From positions 49,912,001 through 49,976,000 of the forward strand of contig NW_024704743.1 in assembly GCF_018977255.1 (NCBI RefSeq): 64,000 nucleotides of DNA, read 5' to 3'. Source of the DNA: Callorhinchus milii. Lineage: Eukaryota. The stretch's first letter is position 1, and every line of letters starts with the position of its first letter. The position numbers and the translations under genes were made by a program. The notes beneath the pieces are model-generated. The model did no database searches. It was not told where the DNA came from and saw only the letters and a list, made by a program, of their open reading frames with translations. Below, in pieces: positions 1 to 12,610 of this stretch.

Positions 1-50
1 TAAAACAGCTGGCTCAGTCAAATCATGCTATCAGAAAGATTATGTCAGCC

Positions 51-365
51 TGGTTCAATTAGCAGCACTCTTGCCTGTTAAGCCACAAGGTTTTGGGTTT
101 GAGCTCCATGTCAGGACTTTGAATTTACAGTCTAGGCTGACACTGCATTGCAGTGCTGGGGAGTGCTGCAATACTATCTATCAGATGAGATGTTAAACTA
201 AGATCCTATCTATGGGGATGAGATGTAGAAATAAGTTCCCGTCTGTGGGTTCAGGTGGCATGATTTGAGAAAAGAAGGGTTAAAGGAAAACAATAAAGAA
301 AGGCCTGTCAATGCTTTGAGACATCTCAATGATGTGAAAAGGATCTGTATTCAAATACAAGAATT
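51..365 (+). mobile_element. Decayed Deu-domain SINE (SacSINE1-like)
   Basis: tRNA-like head, TCTAGGCTGACAC, Deu-like core GATGAGATGTTAAAC, L2-like tail; same motifs recur throughout the window. Confidence 0.7.
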
Positions 366-432
366 CTTTGTATTAGTATCATAGTGTGTCAAAATGTTCA
401 TCAAATGCAAGGTTATTTAAGCTCAAGACCGT

Positions 433-659
433 AATAATAATAATAATAATAATCCCTCCAAAACCAAAAACAATAATAAATTGGTCATTTTCAATCTACG
501 ACTGTTTGTGGGACATTGCTGTGCGCAATTGGCTGCCGCGTTCGCCCACAAATATACAGTCAATTCACTTTACAGTGTGTTCTGTGAAGTGCTTTGGGAC
601 GTCCTCCCGACGTGAAAAGCGCTATATCAAATGCAAGGATTATTTTTATTATTATTATT
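433..659 (+). mobile_element. 5'-truncated tRNA-Ala SINE with 8-bp TSD AAGACCGT (425-432, 660-667)
   Basis: Near-identical to the 3' two-thirds of full SINE copies such as 38955-39284; TSD read directly. Confidence 0.9.
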
Positions 660-964
660 AAGACCGTGAAATTTCTCATGGTCCTAGCTTCTGAAAATTT
701 AAGATCATGCAGAATTTTGGAAAATTGTTAAAATTAGTCTTAATTTGGAAGCCAGTTTTCTGTATATCTGTTAAAATTTTCTGCCACTCCCAATATTTTT
801 CTGCTAAAATGTATTTTCAATAAAAAGCAAAAAAAAAGCTCAATTAAGCTTAGTAATGACTCCTCACTCTTGACTCTGACCTCTTGAACCTCTCTGGTCT
901 ACCTCTGTAACTCATAAAATTTTTGAGAAATTCTGCCATTTTATCTGCACTCTTGTTTCCAACT

Positions 965-1383
965 TTAGTACACAACCTTGGCATTCAATTTGATCCCCAG
1001 CTCTATTTCCTTCAGCATCTTCTTCTTCATTTGTGCCATGTTGCCCTTCTCTATCCCTGTCTCATATAAAACGCTGCTGAGACCCTCATTCACACTATTG
1101 CTACCTCCTAACTCGATTTCTAAATCTCACTCCTCGCAGAAATCCCTAGTTCTACCATTCACAAGCTCCAGCTCATTCAAAACATTGTATCCTCACCCAC
1201 ACCAACCTCTCAGCCCCCTTTAAATGTCTTCAAATCCCACCTAATAAATATCTACCTCTTCCCCTGTATATGGTCACCTCCTCCCTCTCCCTCCCCCACT
1301 TCAGTCAATATCAGACTCCATGACTAAAGTGCCACAAGGGTTATCCTAGGTGAATGGTGCTATATCAATATAAGTTGTTGTTA
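965..1383 (+). mobile_element. Highly decayed L2 3' fragment
   Basis: Residual similarity to the L2 ORF2 C-terminus (GCTGAGACCCTCATTCAC) and a GTTGTTG tail. Confidence 0.55.
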
Positions 1384-1494
1384 TCATTAAAGGCAATTGT
1401 ACAAGATTGTTTATCTGGGAAGGTAATTGGGCAAGAGAATGTAATGCCAACTCTGAGCAGACATTAGTCAGCTTGGGCTGTTATTGAAGCTGTA

Positions 1495-1772
1495 GGCAGT
1501 GACAAGCTGAGAGCAAACATGTAAAATTGAAAACAAATACATAGAAAATTATTCACTTCTAGAGCAGTGAGTCAGACCAGCCTGGGAGCAGGAACTGAAG
1601 CAGTTAGGAGACTGTGCCCCCAGTTCTACTCGTTTGGGGCATCCTAAAGTATTGCTCTGGGAGTATTGTTCTGGATTTACCATTTCAATCCCATTTAAAA
1701 TGTTATACACCTGTATAACATCCCCCCGAGACATCTTCTCTCAAGCCTGAAGGACCCTAGCTTGTCTAATTG
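1495..1772. mobile_element. Decayed CR1 3' fragments in both orientations
   Basis: Minus ORF 1549-1734 gives RGDVIQVYNILNG (CR1 RGDLIxVYKI motif); adjacent plus-strand remnant. Confidence 0.55.
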
Positions 1773-2451
1773 TTATTCACAGACCATTCATTTTAAAGTA
1801 TATTCTGTGAACCGCATTGATAAGTCTCGAAGATATATAGCAAAATGCAAGGTTTATTATTATTATTTCTCTAACACTGTGGTTTCACTCCCAGAGGCGA
1901 GGAATCCTATTTTAGGCTCAAGGCTTTTTTTCCTGATATGGTATTAGTTTCCCAAGTATTTGCCTAGGAGGATTAACATTTCCTCTCTCCTGGACTAAGC
2001 ATTAATAGTTATCATTTGGGCTGTCAAGGTCAAGGCTGATGACTAAATGTTTCTTGCCCTAAGGGAGAGACTTTGACCATCCGAAAAACAATATTAAACA
2101 AAAAAAAACTGATGTGGTGCCTAAAATACACAAAATAATATTTCTGGCACCAAGTTTCCTGAGGGAAACAGATTCTTTAAAGAGTTCCTATGTTAAGGAA
2201 TCATTTAAGGAATACTGTAAAACTTATTCGCTTATTTCAAAAATGTACATGACTTCTGAAATAAGGATCACTGCGATTTCACATTTTGCAGCAATAGCAG
2301 CAATCCACCATTGATGTAACATATAGGCAGAATTCTCTAAATAGTATGAAAGAGCGAATTAACTCTGTGATAGTTCTTAGCATTTGTGTCAATGCAAGGT
2401 TTCAGGGGTGGTGGGGGGATTGCTGAGAGAATTTGAGGGTCATTATGGAGG

Positions 2452-3873
2452 TTATTTCAAACTGCCTTATTTCTAACCTGCCCTTCCTGGCAAAAGTCCT
2501 AGAATGTGTTGTTGCCAATCAACTTCGCGCACACCTCTCCTCCCACTTCCTCTTCAAACCCCTCCAGTCTGGTTTCCACCCTGGCCACAGCACAGAGACT
2601 GCGCTTGTGAAAGTCACAAACGACATCCTCTCTATCCCTCTGTCTCCTTGTCCTTGTGGACCTCTCCAGCGCATTCGACACAGTCGATCACACCATCCTC
2701 CTCCACCGCCTTTCCTCCATCAACCACCTCAGTGGGACCGCACTCGCCTGGTTCGAGTCCTACCTCATAAACTGCCAGCAGTACATCTGCATTCACGGCT
2801 TCTTCTTCCGCTTTCACCCCATTACTTGCGGGGTACCCCAAGGATCAATCCTTGGCCTCCTCCTCTTTCTGATCTACATGCTCCCTCTTGGGGATATCAT
2901 CCGCAGCATTGGGTACATTTCCACATGTATGCGGATGACACCCAACTCTATTTTTCCACCTCTCTTTGCGACCCTCAGTCCCCTGATGTTCTGTCAGCCT
3001 ACCTGTCAGATCTCAGGGGCTGGATGAGCGCAAATTTTCTTCAGCTGAACATTGACAAGACAGAAGCCGTTCCCTTTGGCTCTCGTCAACATCTAATCAT
3101 GTCTCTCACATCCTCCACCTATCCAACCTCCCCCTAAAACTCTCCAAACCCATATGCAACCTAGGCATCAGGTTCGACCCCCAATTATCCTTCCTCTCCC
3201 ACATCCGGTCCCTCACCAGCACCGCCTTCTTCCACCTCATCACCCGTCTCCGCCAATACCTCTCTCCGAAAGCCGCTGAAACCCTGGTCCATGCCTTTGT
3301 CACCTCTTGACTGGACTACTCTAATGCCCTCCTCACCGGTCTCCCATCCACTACCATCCATAAAATCCGGATTATTCAAAATGCTGCCGCCCGCATTCTC
3401 ATCCGCACCAAACTCTGTTCCCCGATCACCCCAGTCCTTGCCAGACTGCACTGGCTGTCTGTCCCAGAGAGGATCAATTTCAAGATCCTCACCCTTGTAT
3501 TCAAATTCCTCCATTCCTCTGCACCCCCCCTACCTCTCTGACCTCCTCTCTCCTCAAAACAGTACCCGTTGCCTTCATTCCTCCGGGTCTGGCCTCCTCC
3601 TTGTCCCGAGTCTTCCGCTACACCCTCGGCATCCATGCCTTCAGCCTCTATGCCCTGAGGCTCTGGAATTCCCTTCCTCACTCCCTTCGCCTCGCCCCCT
3701 CTCTTCCTATTTTCAGATCTTTGCTGAAGACCTTTCTTTTCGACCGCGCCTTTGGTCACCTTCCTCCCCTTCCCCCTGGCTCAGCCCGGGTTGCGTTACT
3801 GTGAAGCGCTCTGAGACACCATCCGGCATGGAGGGCGCTATATAAATGCAAGTTGTTGTTGTTGGTTGTTGTT
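2452..3873 (+). mobile_element. 5'-truncated L2 LINE, frameshifted RT domain to 3' tail (tail type A)
   Basis: [67 protein letters not shown] across frames; ends AGCGCTCTGAGAC...GAGGGCGCTATATAAATGCAAG(TTG)n. Confidence 0.95.
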
Positions 3874-5164
3874 AAATATTTCTGGTGGACAATCAGGTTG
3901 TGTGGCCATTCACTCCCTCATCCCTCTGGTGCCAATATGCCAGCAGCAGCTTGAAAACGTTCCAAAAAGACACAAGGATTATGCATTCACAGATTCATCC
4001 ATGTAACTGTAGGCAACACAAATGTATTTGCAATGCACTAAATGAAATAGGGCTGATGCTGAAAGGAAATACATTGTCAGACTCCATTTATAACATTGCT
4101 GCTTATACTTCGTGGCTGTTTGTGGGACACTGCAGAACCACAAATTGGCATCTGCATTTACCAACAAGGTACACAGTCACTCCACTTTGACCTCCACTTT
4201 TGCCTGCAAGGGTCAAATGGACTAACTTTGGGATATAAAAGATGGAAGTTTAGTTAAGTTTGATGAAGAAGAGTCTGGAGGAAAGTTAGTACCGCAGACT
4301 TTCTGCCATGTCTTCCCAGAGAAGGTAACCAACCCATTACTACCCATTCACTCTTTGTGTTCGTTGCTACTTTATTATATTATCATAATATCGAATTGTC
4401 GCTATGATACTTGACTGTACTTCAATTCAGATTTTGTTCTGTACATTTGTTTATTTTTTTTAGTGAAGAACTAATTTGATTAAAACCATTACTGGCGTGG
4501 CTTGTTGTCTCGCAAGTAATCCCTACAGTACTGCCAAATTAGGTGCCAGAAGAACAGGCCAATTCTTCATTAACAGTGGCTTAAAACTTTCCTGGAGGTA
4601 AATTTGCAATAGAAAAGCTGCACGATCTAGGAGTCGTTGTGCTAGCAGCTGATGTACGAGCCTCCGGCTTGCAAACCCTCAAGTGTCATATTCAATATCT
4701 TGATAGACTTCCTGTCAATTCGGTTAAGATGCCAGCAAAGCTGTTTTCCGATGAGCAACAACAATAACTTAATAACTTATACATACAAGTTGTCATGTGA
4801 ATCCAACAACAATAAAATATACATCAATAAAAAAACACATGAACATCCCCAGGCTACCACTTTGCCTGGACTACTCAAGGGGGGAAAAACAATCACTTGG
4901 CACATCAAGTCTTTGAAGAAAAAAGTCACACAAGTAAATATACCAAGTTACAGGGCCAGGTGCTCTGTTGTTTCTTACACATCCCCCGGGCTACACAATG
5001 TGAAATGCGTATCCTTGCATGTGTTAACAAGTTAGGACAAAGCCTACATTCAAAGGAAGATACTAGTTTAAACACACTTTTCCTAAAGCTACAGAAACTA
5101 CTTGAAATTCCAAGTGCTATATAGAGTTTTAATGTTTCCAAACTGGCCATTGATTCAAGAGGGG

Positions 5165-5960
5165 TGGAAAGCAAGGGGGATGGGGGTGGGAAGATGACCG
5201 AAGGCACGATCAAAAAGGAAGTTCTTGAGACAAGCTTTTGGAGGGAAGAGATAGTGGTGAAGGTGGGCAATGTTGCAGAGGTGGGGGAAGGTAGGAATGG
5301 TCATGGTATGGATGTGAGGTTTAAAAGCAGTTGAGGGTCAAACCAGATACCAAGGTTCTGTACTGGCTCAATGAGGTGGAATGTGCATCCATGAATAGTG
5401 ATGCTGTCAGCCCGAGGTGAGGAGATACTGATAGGAGCCAATCAGGAGTGCCTTGGTCTTGTCGACATTCAATTGGAGAAAGTTAGCTCTCATCCAGGAC
5501 TTGATGTCTGACAGACACTCCCTCAGGATAGCAGTGGTCCTGGAGTCGAGGGTGGAAGCAAAGAGATAGAGTTGGGTGTCATCCTTGGAAGTTGTGGAAC
5601 TTCTGTAGAACTTCCCCATGCCTGCAACGATATCCCTGAGCGAAAACATGTAATAGTAATAATAATCCTTGCATGTAGATAATAATAATAATCCTTGCAT
5701 TTGACATTAAAAGGAGAGGACCAAGGACAGAGGCTTAGGGAAGACCTCATGTGAAGGTGCGAGGGCTGGAGGTGAAGCCATTGGTAGATATAAAGTGGAG
5801 ACAATGGGTGAGAACGTAATCAGGAAAGGACAGAACCATGAAGTTGGAGCTGAGAAGAGAAGTGATGAAGAAGAATGGTCGGCAGTCTCGAAGGGCGGCA
5901 GAGAGATCCAGAAGGACAAGGAGACAGAGAGTGTCCAGAATGTCATTTGTGACTTTGACT
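5165..5960 (-). mobile_element. Decayed L2 RT fragment with SINE tails inserted near 5650-5703
   Basis: [42 protein letters not shown] in minus-strand ORFs. Confidence 0.85.
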
Positions 5961-6707
5961 AAATACCAGAGCTGGTTGACACCAATGCATTGTTGCTGTT
6001 GCATTGTGCTGGACATACAGTCATGCACACATCTTCATAATTAGTGTCATTACTCAGCAATCAACAACTTGCATTAATATAGTGTAATATAAAAGTCTCA
6101 TATGAACATCGGGAAATATCTCAGAGTATTTTACAGGGACAGGGTTGGAGTCCCAGCAAGGGAAACGGAGGAGGGTAACATGGCTGTAAGAGCGTTTAAA
6201 GAGGTAGGATTTGTTTTGTAACTTTAAGACTTACTCCTGTAACTGATTTCTTTATAGGTTTATCTAGTAGCATTTCGAAAGCTAATATGGATTCTCCATC
6301 TGACGACATTGGGCGTGAGATAGGCATGGAGGCTGGCTGGCAGAGGTAAAGGAAGGCAATCCTGAGGAGGAATGGATGGGTGGGAGAAAAGAAACCTGGG
6401 ATTCACCCCAGATACCAAGGAAACAGAAGGGATCATCTCAATGGTAACCTTTGAAAGGTAGGTCAGGCCCCATAGGATTCACATGACAAAAATGTTATGA
6501 ATACATCTGCAGGAAATGTTCACAACAAACAGCAAGCAAATATGATAAATAATACATAAGTATTGATTTAAGTTTCAAGCTGAAGAAAAACGGAAGATAA
6601 TTCTCTTTGAAAATGTTTGCTCAAAATCGTACTGTATTTCATTGTCAAATGACTCAGGTTGCACTGAGCTGCCTACTGGTGGTCAGCAACTTTTGTTCCT
6701 TCTACAG

Positions 6708-7010
6708 GTGGAGTCCTGTAATGAATAGAGCACTCATCTTACAAATGAGAGGACCTGGGTCGATTCCCGGCAAGGCGAAACAATGGGCAAGTTTCCTAAC
6801 TCCACACGCCTCTGCTTATCAATAAATAGGAACCCAGTTGTTAGTCGATTGGCGGATCTCTTTCTGGAGATAATAATCCCTTCCAAAAAATATGATAATG
6901 ATTTGGTCACTCAATCCATGACCGCTTGTGGGACATTGCTGTGCGCAATTAGCTGCCTCTTTTGTCCACAAAATATACAGTCAATTCATTTTACAGTATA
7001 TTCTGTGAAG
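6708..7010 (+). mobile_element. tRNA-Ala SINE, long (older) variant
   Basis: GTGGAGTCCTGTA head, GGGCAAGTTTCC plus an extra ~60-bp segment containing GGAACCCAGTTGTTAGTCGAT, shared 3' body. Confidence 0.8.
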
Positions 7011-8174
7011 CAGGAATTATTATTACATTATATATATATCTGTAGAGTTTATCCTAATTTCATATATAAAAAGTGCTCTACAGATTTTGTGATCGTTACA
7101 AAAAACCTAACTTCAGTAAATTTCATTTGCTTCTTTAGGAACATATGGAAAAATGCAATGTTTCATAACAAATTCTATAAAACGTTCAATAATTATTGAA
7201 TCTTTATGAAACCAACAAAACATTACATTTGTATTTTACATTTCATACAATTGCTCTTTTTAGTTTCTTAAATGTGAGTGGCATAATATTCTGTGAATAC
7301 ATTTCACTCCTTTACAATCATACTATATCCAAATACACGGTCTTTCATTCAAGCAGATCTTGACGAATGAATTACAGTGAACCTTTCTATTGAAACTGAA
7401 CTAAGCATTGTTTTTAGAATCATCCAGAGCTGTCCATTAATAAACAGCAGGTGATGTTGTGTAAAGTGTTGTGCAAGACACTTTATTAGGTGTCTTGTAC
7501 AACACTTTATAAATCAAGCAAGGTAGACATAATGACACAACTAACAATGTAAGGTTACCACACTAACAATGGCATCTGCAGCCAGACGAGCATTGAGAGC
7601 ATTGCTTGAAAAGGCCAATGCTGTGACAGATACCGAGCCTTCTGCTGCACAAATGTTCCCTGGAGGCAAAAGGCTGAACAGGGTAGCTTGGCAGCTGGCT
7701 GCTCTCTTATATTTGGCTCTGGAGGTTGTGTGGTCAAGTCCCTCATCTCATGGGCTAGAAAGCATATAATTATGGGCTCAATTTTCATCAATGTAACTGC
7801 CCTAATGCAAACAATATCTGGATATCTCATCCTTCTAAAGTACAAATCCACTGCAGTCTTCCCATTCCAAAAAATAAATACTTCCTGACTTTTCTCCACA
7901 CGCTCTGATACTTCAATAATTATGCCCAAGACATCTCTTTTTAAGCTTGAAAAGCTTCAGTTTACTTGACAGCTAATCCCTAAAACAATAAGGAATAGCT
8001 TTGTTGCCGGCTTCCAAAATATCTCTACCTATGCTACAATGGTCAGAATTGGAAGCATTTACAAATTGCCAGGCATGACTTAACTATATATTTTCAGCGT
8101 GACACTGGTGCTCCCATCACAACATCCAGTTGCTTTACAAGTGAGTCCTGGCCTCAACTACTCTTCATTTCAAA

Positions 8175-8745
8175 CTGTTCCAGTTGTTAATTGCTCCCTG
8201 GATAAAAAAATCCCTTTCTGCTGTCTGTCCTGAAATTGCCCTGTGCAACTCTAAACCTATGTCTAAACCCCCTACCTCTGTGACCTCCTAACACCCTACC
8301 AACCTGCCGCTCCCTCCACTCAGCGGGCTCCGGCCCACTTCACATCCCCCGCCGCCCGGCCACAGGCAAGCCTTCAGCCACTCTGCCCGTACTCTCTGGA
8401 ACCTCATCCTACAGTCCCTCCACCTTGCCTCCTCCTTTGCCTCCTTCAAGGCCCATCGCAAGACCCTCCGCTTCGAATGTGCTTTCAGTCACACTCCTTC
8501 CCCCCTGCCCTCCACCCTCCCCGATTCCGACACCCAGCTCGGGTTCAAAACACTGACTGTCCAGCGCCTTGGGATGTCCTCCCGATGTGAAAGGCGCTAT
8601 ACAAATGTAATTTTGTTGTTGTTGTTATGTCCTCTTGCTGTACTGTCTCAGTGAATCCTAAAGTATTGTTCTGGGTTTACTTTTTCAATCCTATTTTAGT
8701 TGAGTCATTGTCTCTCAAGGCTGAAGAGGCCTAGCTTGTCTAATA
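8175..8745 (-). mobile_element. CR1 3' fragment interrupted by an L2 insertion
   Basis: CR1-like sequence continues on both sides of the L2; similar to 1640-1772. Confidence 0.6.
8264..8625 (+). mobile_element. L2 3' end (tail type B) with TSD TATGTC (8258-8263, 8626-8631)
   Basis: CAGCGCCTTGGGATGTCCTCCCGATGTGAAAGGCGCT + (TTG)n; TSD read directly. Confidence 0.9.
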
Positions 8746-9444
8746 ATACTAAGAATAGAATGCAACCTAATATAGCCCTTTAAAGCACCTAATTTAATTC
8801 CTACTCCCAATTCTAGGAGGTCCACTTACTACTTTCTACTTTCTTTCCCATTTGCTAATTGATAATCAAAACCAATGTTTTACTCTTGTTTTATATTTTT
8901 AGATTTTACAATATATTCTGTGAAACGCTTTGAGACATCTTGAAGACATGATAAGGCGCTATATCAAATGTAAGAATTATTATTATTATTGATATCTATT
9001 GGCTGTTTATAATGGAGTTTCATGAACAGTAATTTTTCAAAAGCTTTTCCGCTGGTTAGAAAAATCCCAATTGTGACAATTCAACATTAAGGTCATAATT
9101 TTTCCATCTAAGGGACAGATGTCACTATCCTTGTATTAGGTTAAATGCTGAAATCAGAATGCCTGCTTTTCTCATGTAAAATTCACAGATATGCAGATTG
9201 TATGTTGATCTGTAAGTTAGTAAATTAATGTTTTCCCGGTTTAAAAATAAAATCTAAGAAGAAGACATTTGATTTTTTTTGAAAATATCTATTTATTTAT
9301 AAATATATTTAGTACAACAGAAATCAAAAACAAACACACATCTTCTGTTACAATTTTTCCCTTCCTCCCAATATCTTCAAATTTCAGAGCTCAGGAACTC
9401 TCTGAGTACAACCCTGTAAAGCAAGTGATTAAAGCTCTGATCAA

Positions 9445-9682
9445 AACACAAAATATTGCAGGTGCTGGAAATCTGAAAGAAAATCAGAAGTCACTGGGAG
9501 CACTCAGCAGGTCAGGCAGCATTTATGGAGAAAGCAAAGTGAGTCAACATTTCGAGTCCACGGCCCTCCGTCAGAAGTCTGACGAAGTTTGACCCTGACA
9601 AAAGTTTGTGGACCCGAAACGTTAACTCACTTTACTTTCTCTATAGATGCTGCCTGACCTGGTCTGTGTTCCCAGTGACTTT
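9445..9682. mobile_element. Short palindromic Penelope-like remnant
   Basis: Arms CTCAGCAGGTCAGGCAGCAT / ATGCTGCCTGACCTG joined at CGTCAGA-AG-TCTGACG; possible TSD TGATCAA (9438-9444, 9683-9689); homologous to 42031-42816. Confidence 0.7.
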
Positions 9683-12415
9683 TGATCAATGTCCTGCAAG
9701 GCTATGTATTGTGAAAAACAATGAAAGATAAAAATGTTGCAGATAATGATGATGATATTTGTAGTGAGCATTTCAAATTTAATCATAAAATAAGAATAAA
9801 AAAGTATTAACCTTACTGGAAAGTAGGTTCCATTTCATCTGCATTAAACACTGAGTAGTAACACCACTGAAATTGGAAGATTCACTGGAGTTACTCATTT
9901 AAAAGAACACAGCAGGTTGCATTTCATCATTTCTCAAGAATCTGGACCAGGTTTCACCGAAACCTCTGGTGATAAGAGAAACATTCACTGCAGTTATCTG
10001 CCTGGCAGTGTTTCATTCTGAGGTCCTATCAATCATATCCAGTGGGCTGATGGAAGCAGTCAGTGGAAACTCATGCCACCTCCGCACACCAGCATAGCAT
10101 TTCATTACATGTTCCCTAGCAGCAAGTGCGAAACACGACACATCAGACTCAAGGGCACCAGAAGCACTAATGTAGGCTCCCTATCAATACTAGAAAATAT
10201 TCCTCATACTTTAGGCAAGGCAAAACTTTACTACCAACATATTTAAGCATTCCGAGACTCTCCCCCACCTGAAGGGTGTTATACAAATATAAATTGTTGT
10301 TTCTATGTCCCACTTGGATTTGTAGTCACTTGCAACTAATACACAGGAATCTAGACGGGATTAACAAAATATTCATAAATATTGAATAATGTGTTAACAG
10401 GAAGCATGTCATGCCAAGCTGCTCTGAGTCACCCAGAAGGAAATTACATCAAGAGTGGAGTTTGCATGGGTTGACAGAGACATTCTGGTAATTTATTATG
10501 ATAAAGGCTGCCCAGAGTCATTCACATCCCAGCACAAGGAGTAAAACCATTGCAGACTGTGTTGAAAATACCTAGATTAATTGTTTGGGTTCTTTGTAAA
10601 TAATCCTTGAATTTAATATAGCACCTATAACATCTGAAATCTCAGACCATTCCTGTCAAGTGACTGTGTATTTGGAAGCAAACACAGCAGTCATTTCGCA
10701 CACAGCAAGGACCCAAAGTCATGAAGCTCAAGTTCCAACATGGGTTCTGGAACAACAAGCTTCTGATCAACAGGTGAGAATGCTATCAAGATAACCTGAT
10801 ATCTCAAAGTCTAATGCAGGCCTGAAATAAATGCTTCATTTAATCACAGGATCATCACCCTTTAGTATTATTAATTGTTTACTGAAGAGGAAAAAGATAA
10901 TCTGTAGAATGTTTACACAGATGATTATGCAGGTAAATTACACAAGCATCCAGACTTGGCAGATTGTAAGAATAGGCATTTTGCAACATTGCAGAATATC
11001 AGAGGATGAGAGCATTAATTCTCAGCAATTGATGGACAGAAGAATCACCCTATCAATAATATGGTGAGTCTTAATCACCATAATTTAACATTACTATTGT
11101 TTTTTTGTGTAACTGTGTTTGATTTCTTGCAGCACAGACATGTTATGTTGGTTAACATGGCTCTTTTTAAACAAAGAAAAGGTATGATAAGTCTGTCTGC
11201 CTTTTTCAAGTGAGTCATTTAAACCGTGCAGCCGAGTACAAAATCCAGCCACAGAAACAGGACACACAATGTCAGCATTAACTAGACTGCTGTTGGCAGT
11301 AATAGCTGCTTTTTTCAGTTCAAAAAACAAGAGTCATTATTGAAACCTTGATACATCAAGATCACTCATAAGGTAAATAGGAGTTGCCACACTGAATCTG
11401 TGTACGTAAAAGCAACTAAATACAATAATACTACTTAATAACAGGACATACCTCATGTAGGTACTTACTACATTTATTTTGCCAAGAGCGTCCTAAGCAC
11501 ATCTGACCCAAATAAACCTGTCACACAAAACAGGCTTGTACACATGAGGGCTACATTGTAAAACTGAGGCAGGAGAATCTATCATTATGGCTATGAAATT
11601 CCTTGCATTACAAAGATGTGCATTCAGCCGTTGCTCAAAGTCGTAACATTTACAGTAGAGATATTTCTAGAACATTAGCCACAGTGTTATGGTCTGAAAG
11701 CAACTGTGGATTATCAGGCAGAATTATAATATGGTGAATCCCAGTCACTGAGTAAGAAATGTTCAGGCTGTAACAATAGGCTCGGTGCAACTCTTGATAT
11801 TCTCCCCTTCAAAGTCCATTGTCACACTTGGCTTCACAGAATAGATCCCTCCCCATTAAACTTGTTAAAGGCTACAAAGGAAAAATATGTGTAAGATTCT
11901 GCTGAGAAGATACTTAACAAGGGAAGATAGAACAGCTGGTTAAACCTGGCATGAGTTAGATGAGGATGCATAGAAGTAGAGATTGAATCGGAATCCTACT
12001 GAAGGGCATTTTAGAGCTGGAGGCATCAAGGGTGAAAATCGCAATGTGTGAAGTGTTAGTCAGCAATGTTGTTAATGAACACATTGTTGAAAATTCCACC
12101 CTCTCGCTAACTAAAGACATTGGTGTGTCTGCAGAAGCAGCATCCCCCATCCCACCCACCGACATCATCACAGCATTTGGATTCAAAGCTGGCCTGGTGA
12201 ATACATTTGGATTTGCTGGCCCATGGCACCTGCACTGCACTTTAGTAGGATATTGGCTTCACTCTTATTTTTTTCTTGAGTTAAGACCACATAGGTTTCT
12301 AACACTTTTCTCTCATCTCACATGCCTGAAGGAATACAAGAAAAATGGCATTTACAAGTAACCCTTCTTCAATTCCTGGTTTCCAACCCCTCCCTCTTTG
12401 CTCTATTTCATTAAG

Positions 12416-12610
12416 ATAATAATAATCCTTATATTTGATATAGTGCTTTTCACTCTTCTAGATGTCTCAAAGTGCTTCACAGAATATACTGCAAAGTGAA
12501 TTGACTGTATATTTGTGGGCGAAACGTGGCAGCCAATTGCACACAGCAGTGTCCCACAAACAGTTGTGGATTGAGTGACCAAATTATTATTTGTTTTGGA
12601 GGATTCTTAT
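12416..12610 (-). mobile_element. 5'-truncated tRNA-Ala SINE
   Basis: Reverse complement of SINE body and tail. Confidence 0.85.

Noticed and set aside
386..661. Recurrent peptide WDIAVRNWLPRSPTNIQSIHFTV...KCKDYYY in many ORFs
   Set aside because: Translation of the SINE body, not a gene family
7555..7929. 124-aa minus-strand ORF and overlapping plus-strand ORFs in unique DNA
   Set aside because: No recognisable motif and only weak splice signals; compatible with chance
11956..12361. Overlapping 94-aa and 109-aa ORFs on opposite strands
   Set aside because: Non-ATG starts, no homology recognised, not bounded by in-frame splice sites
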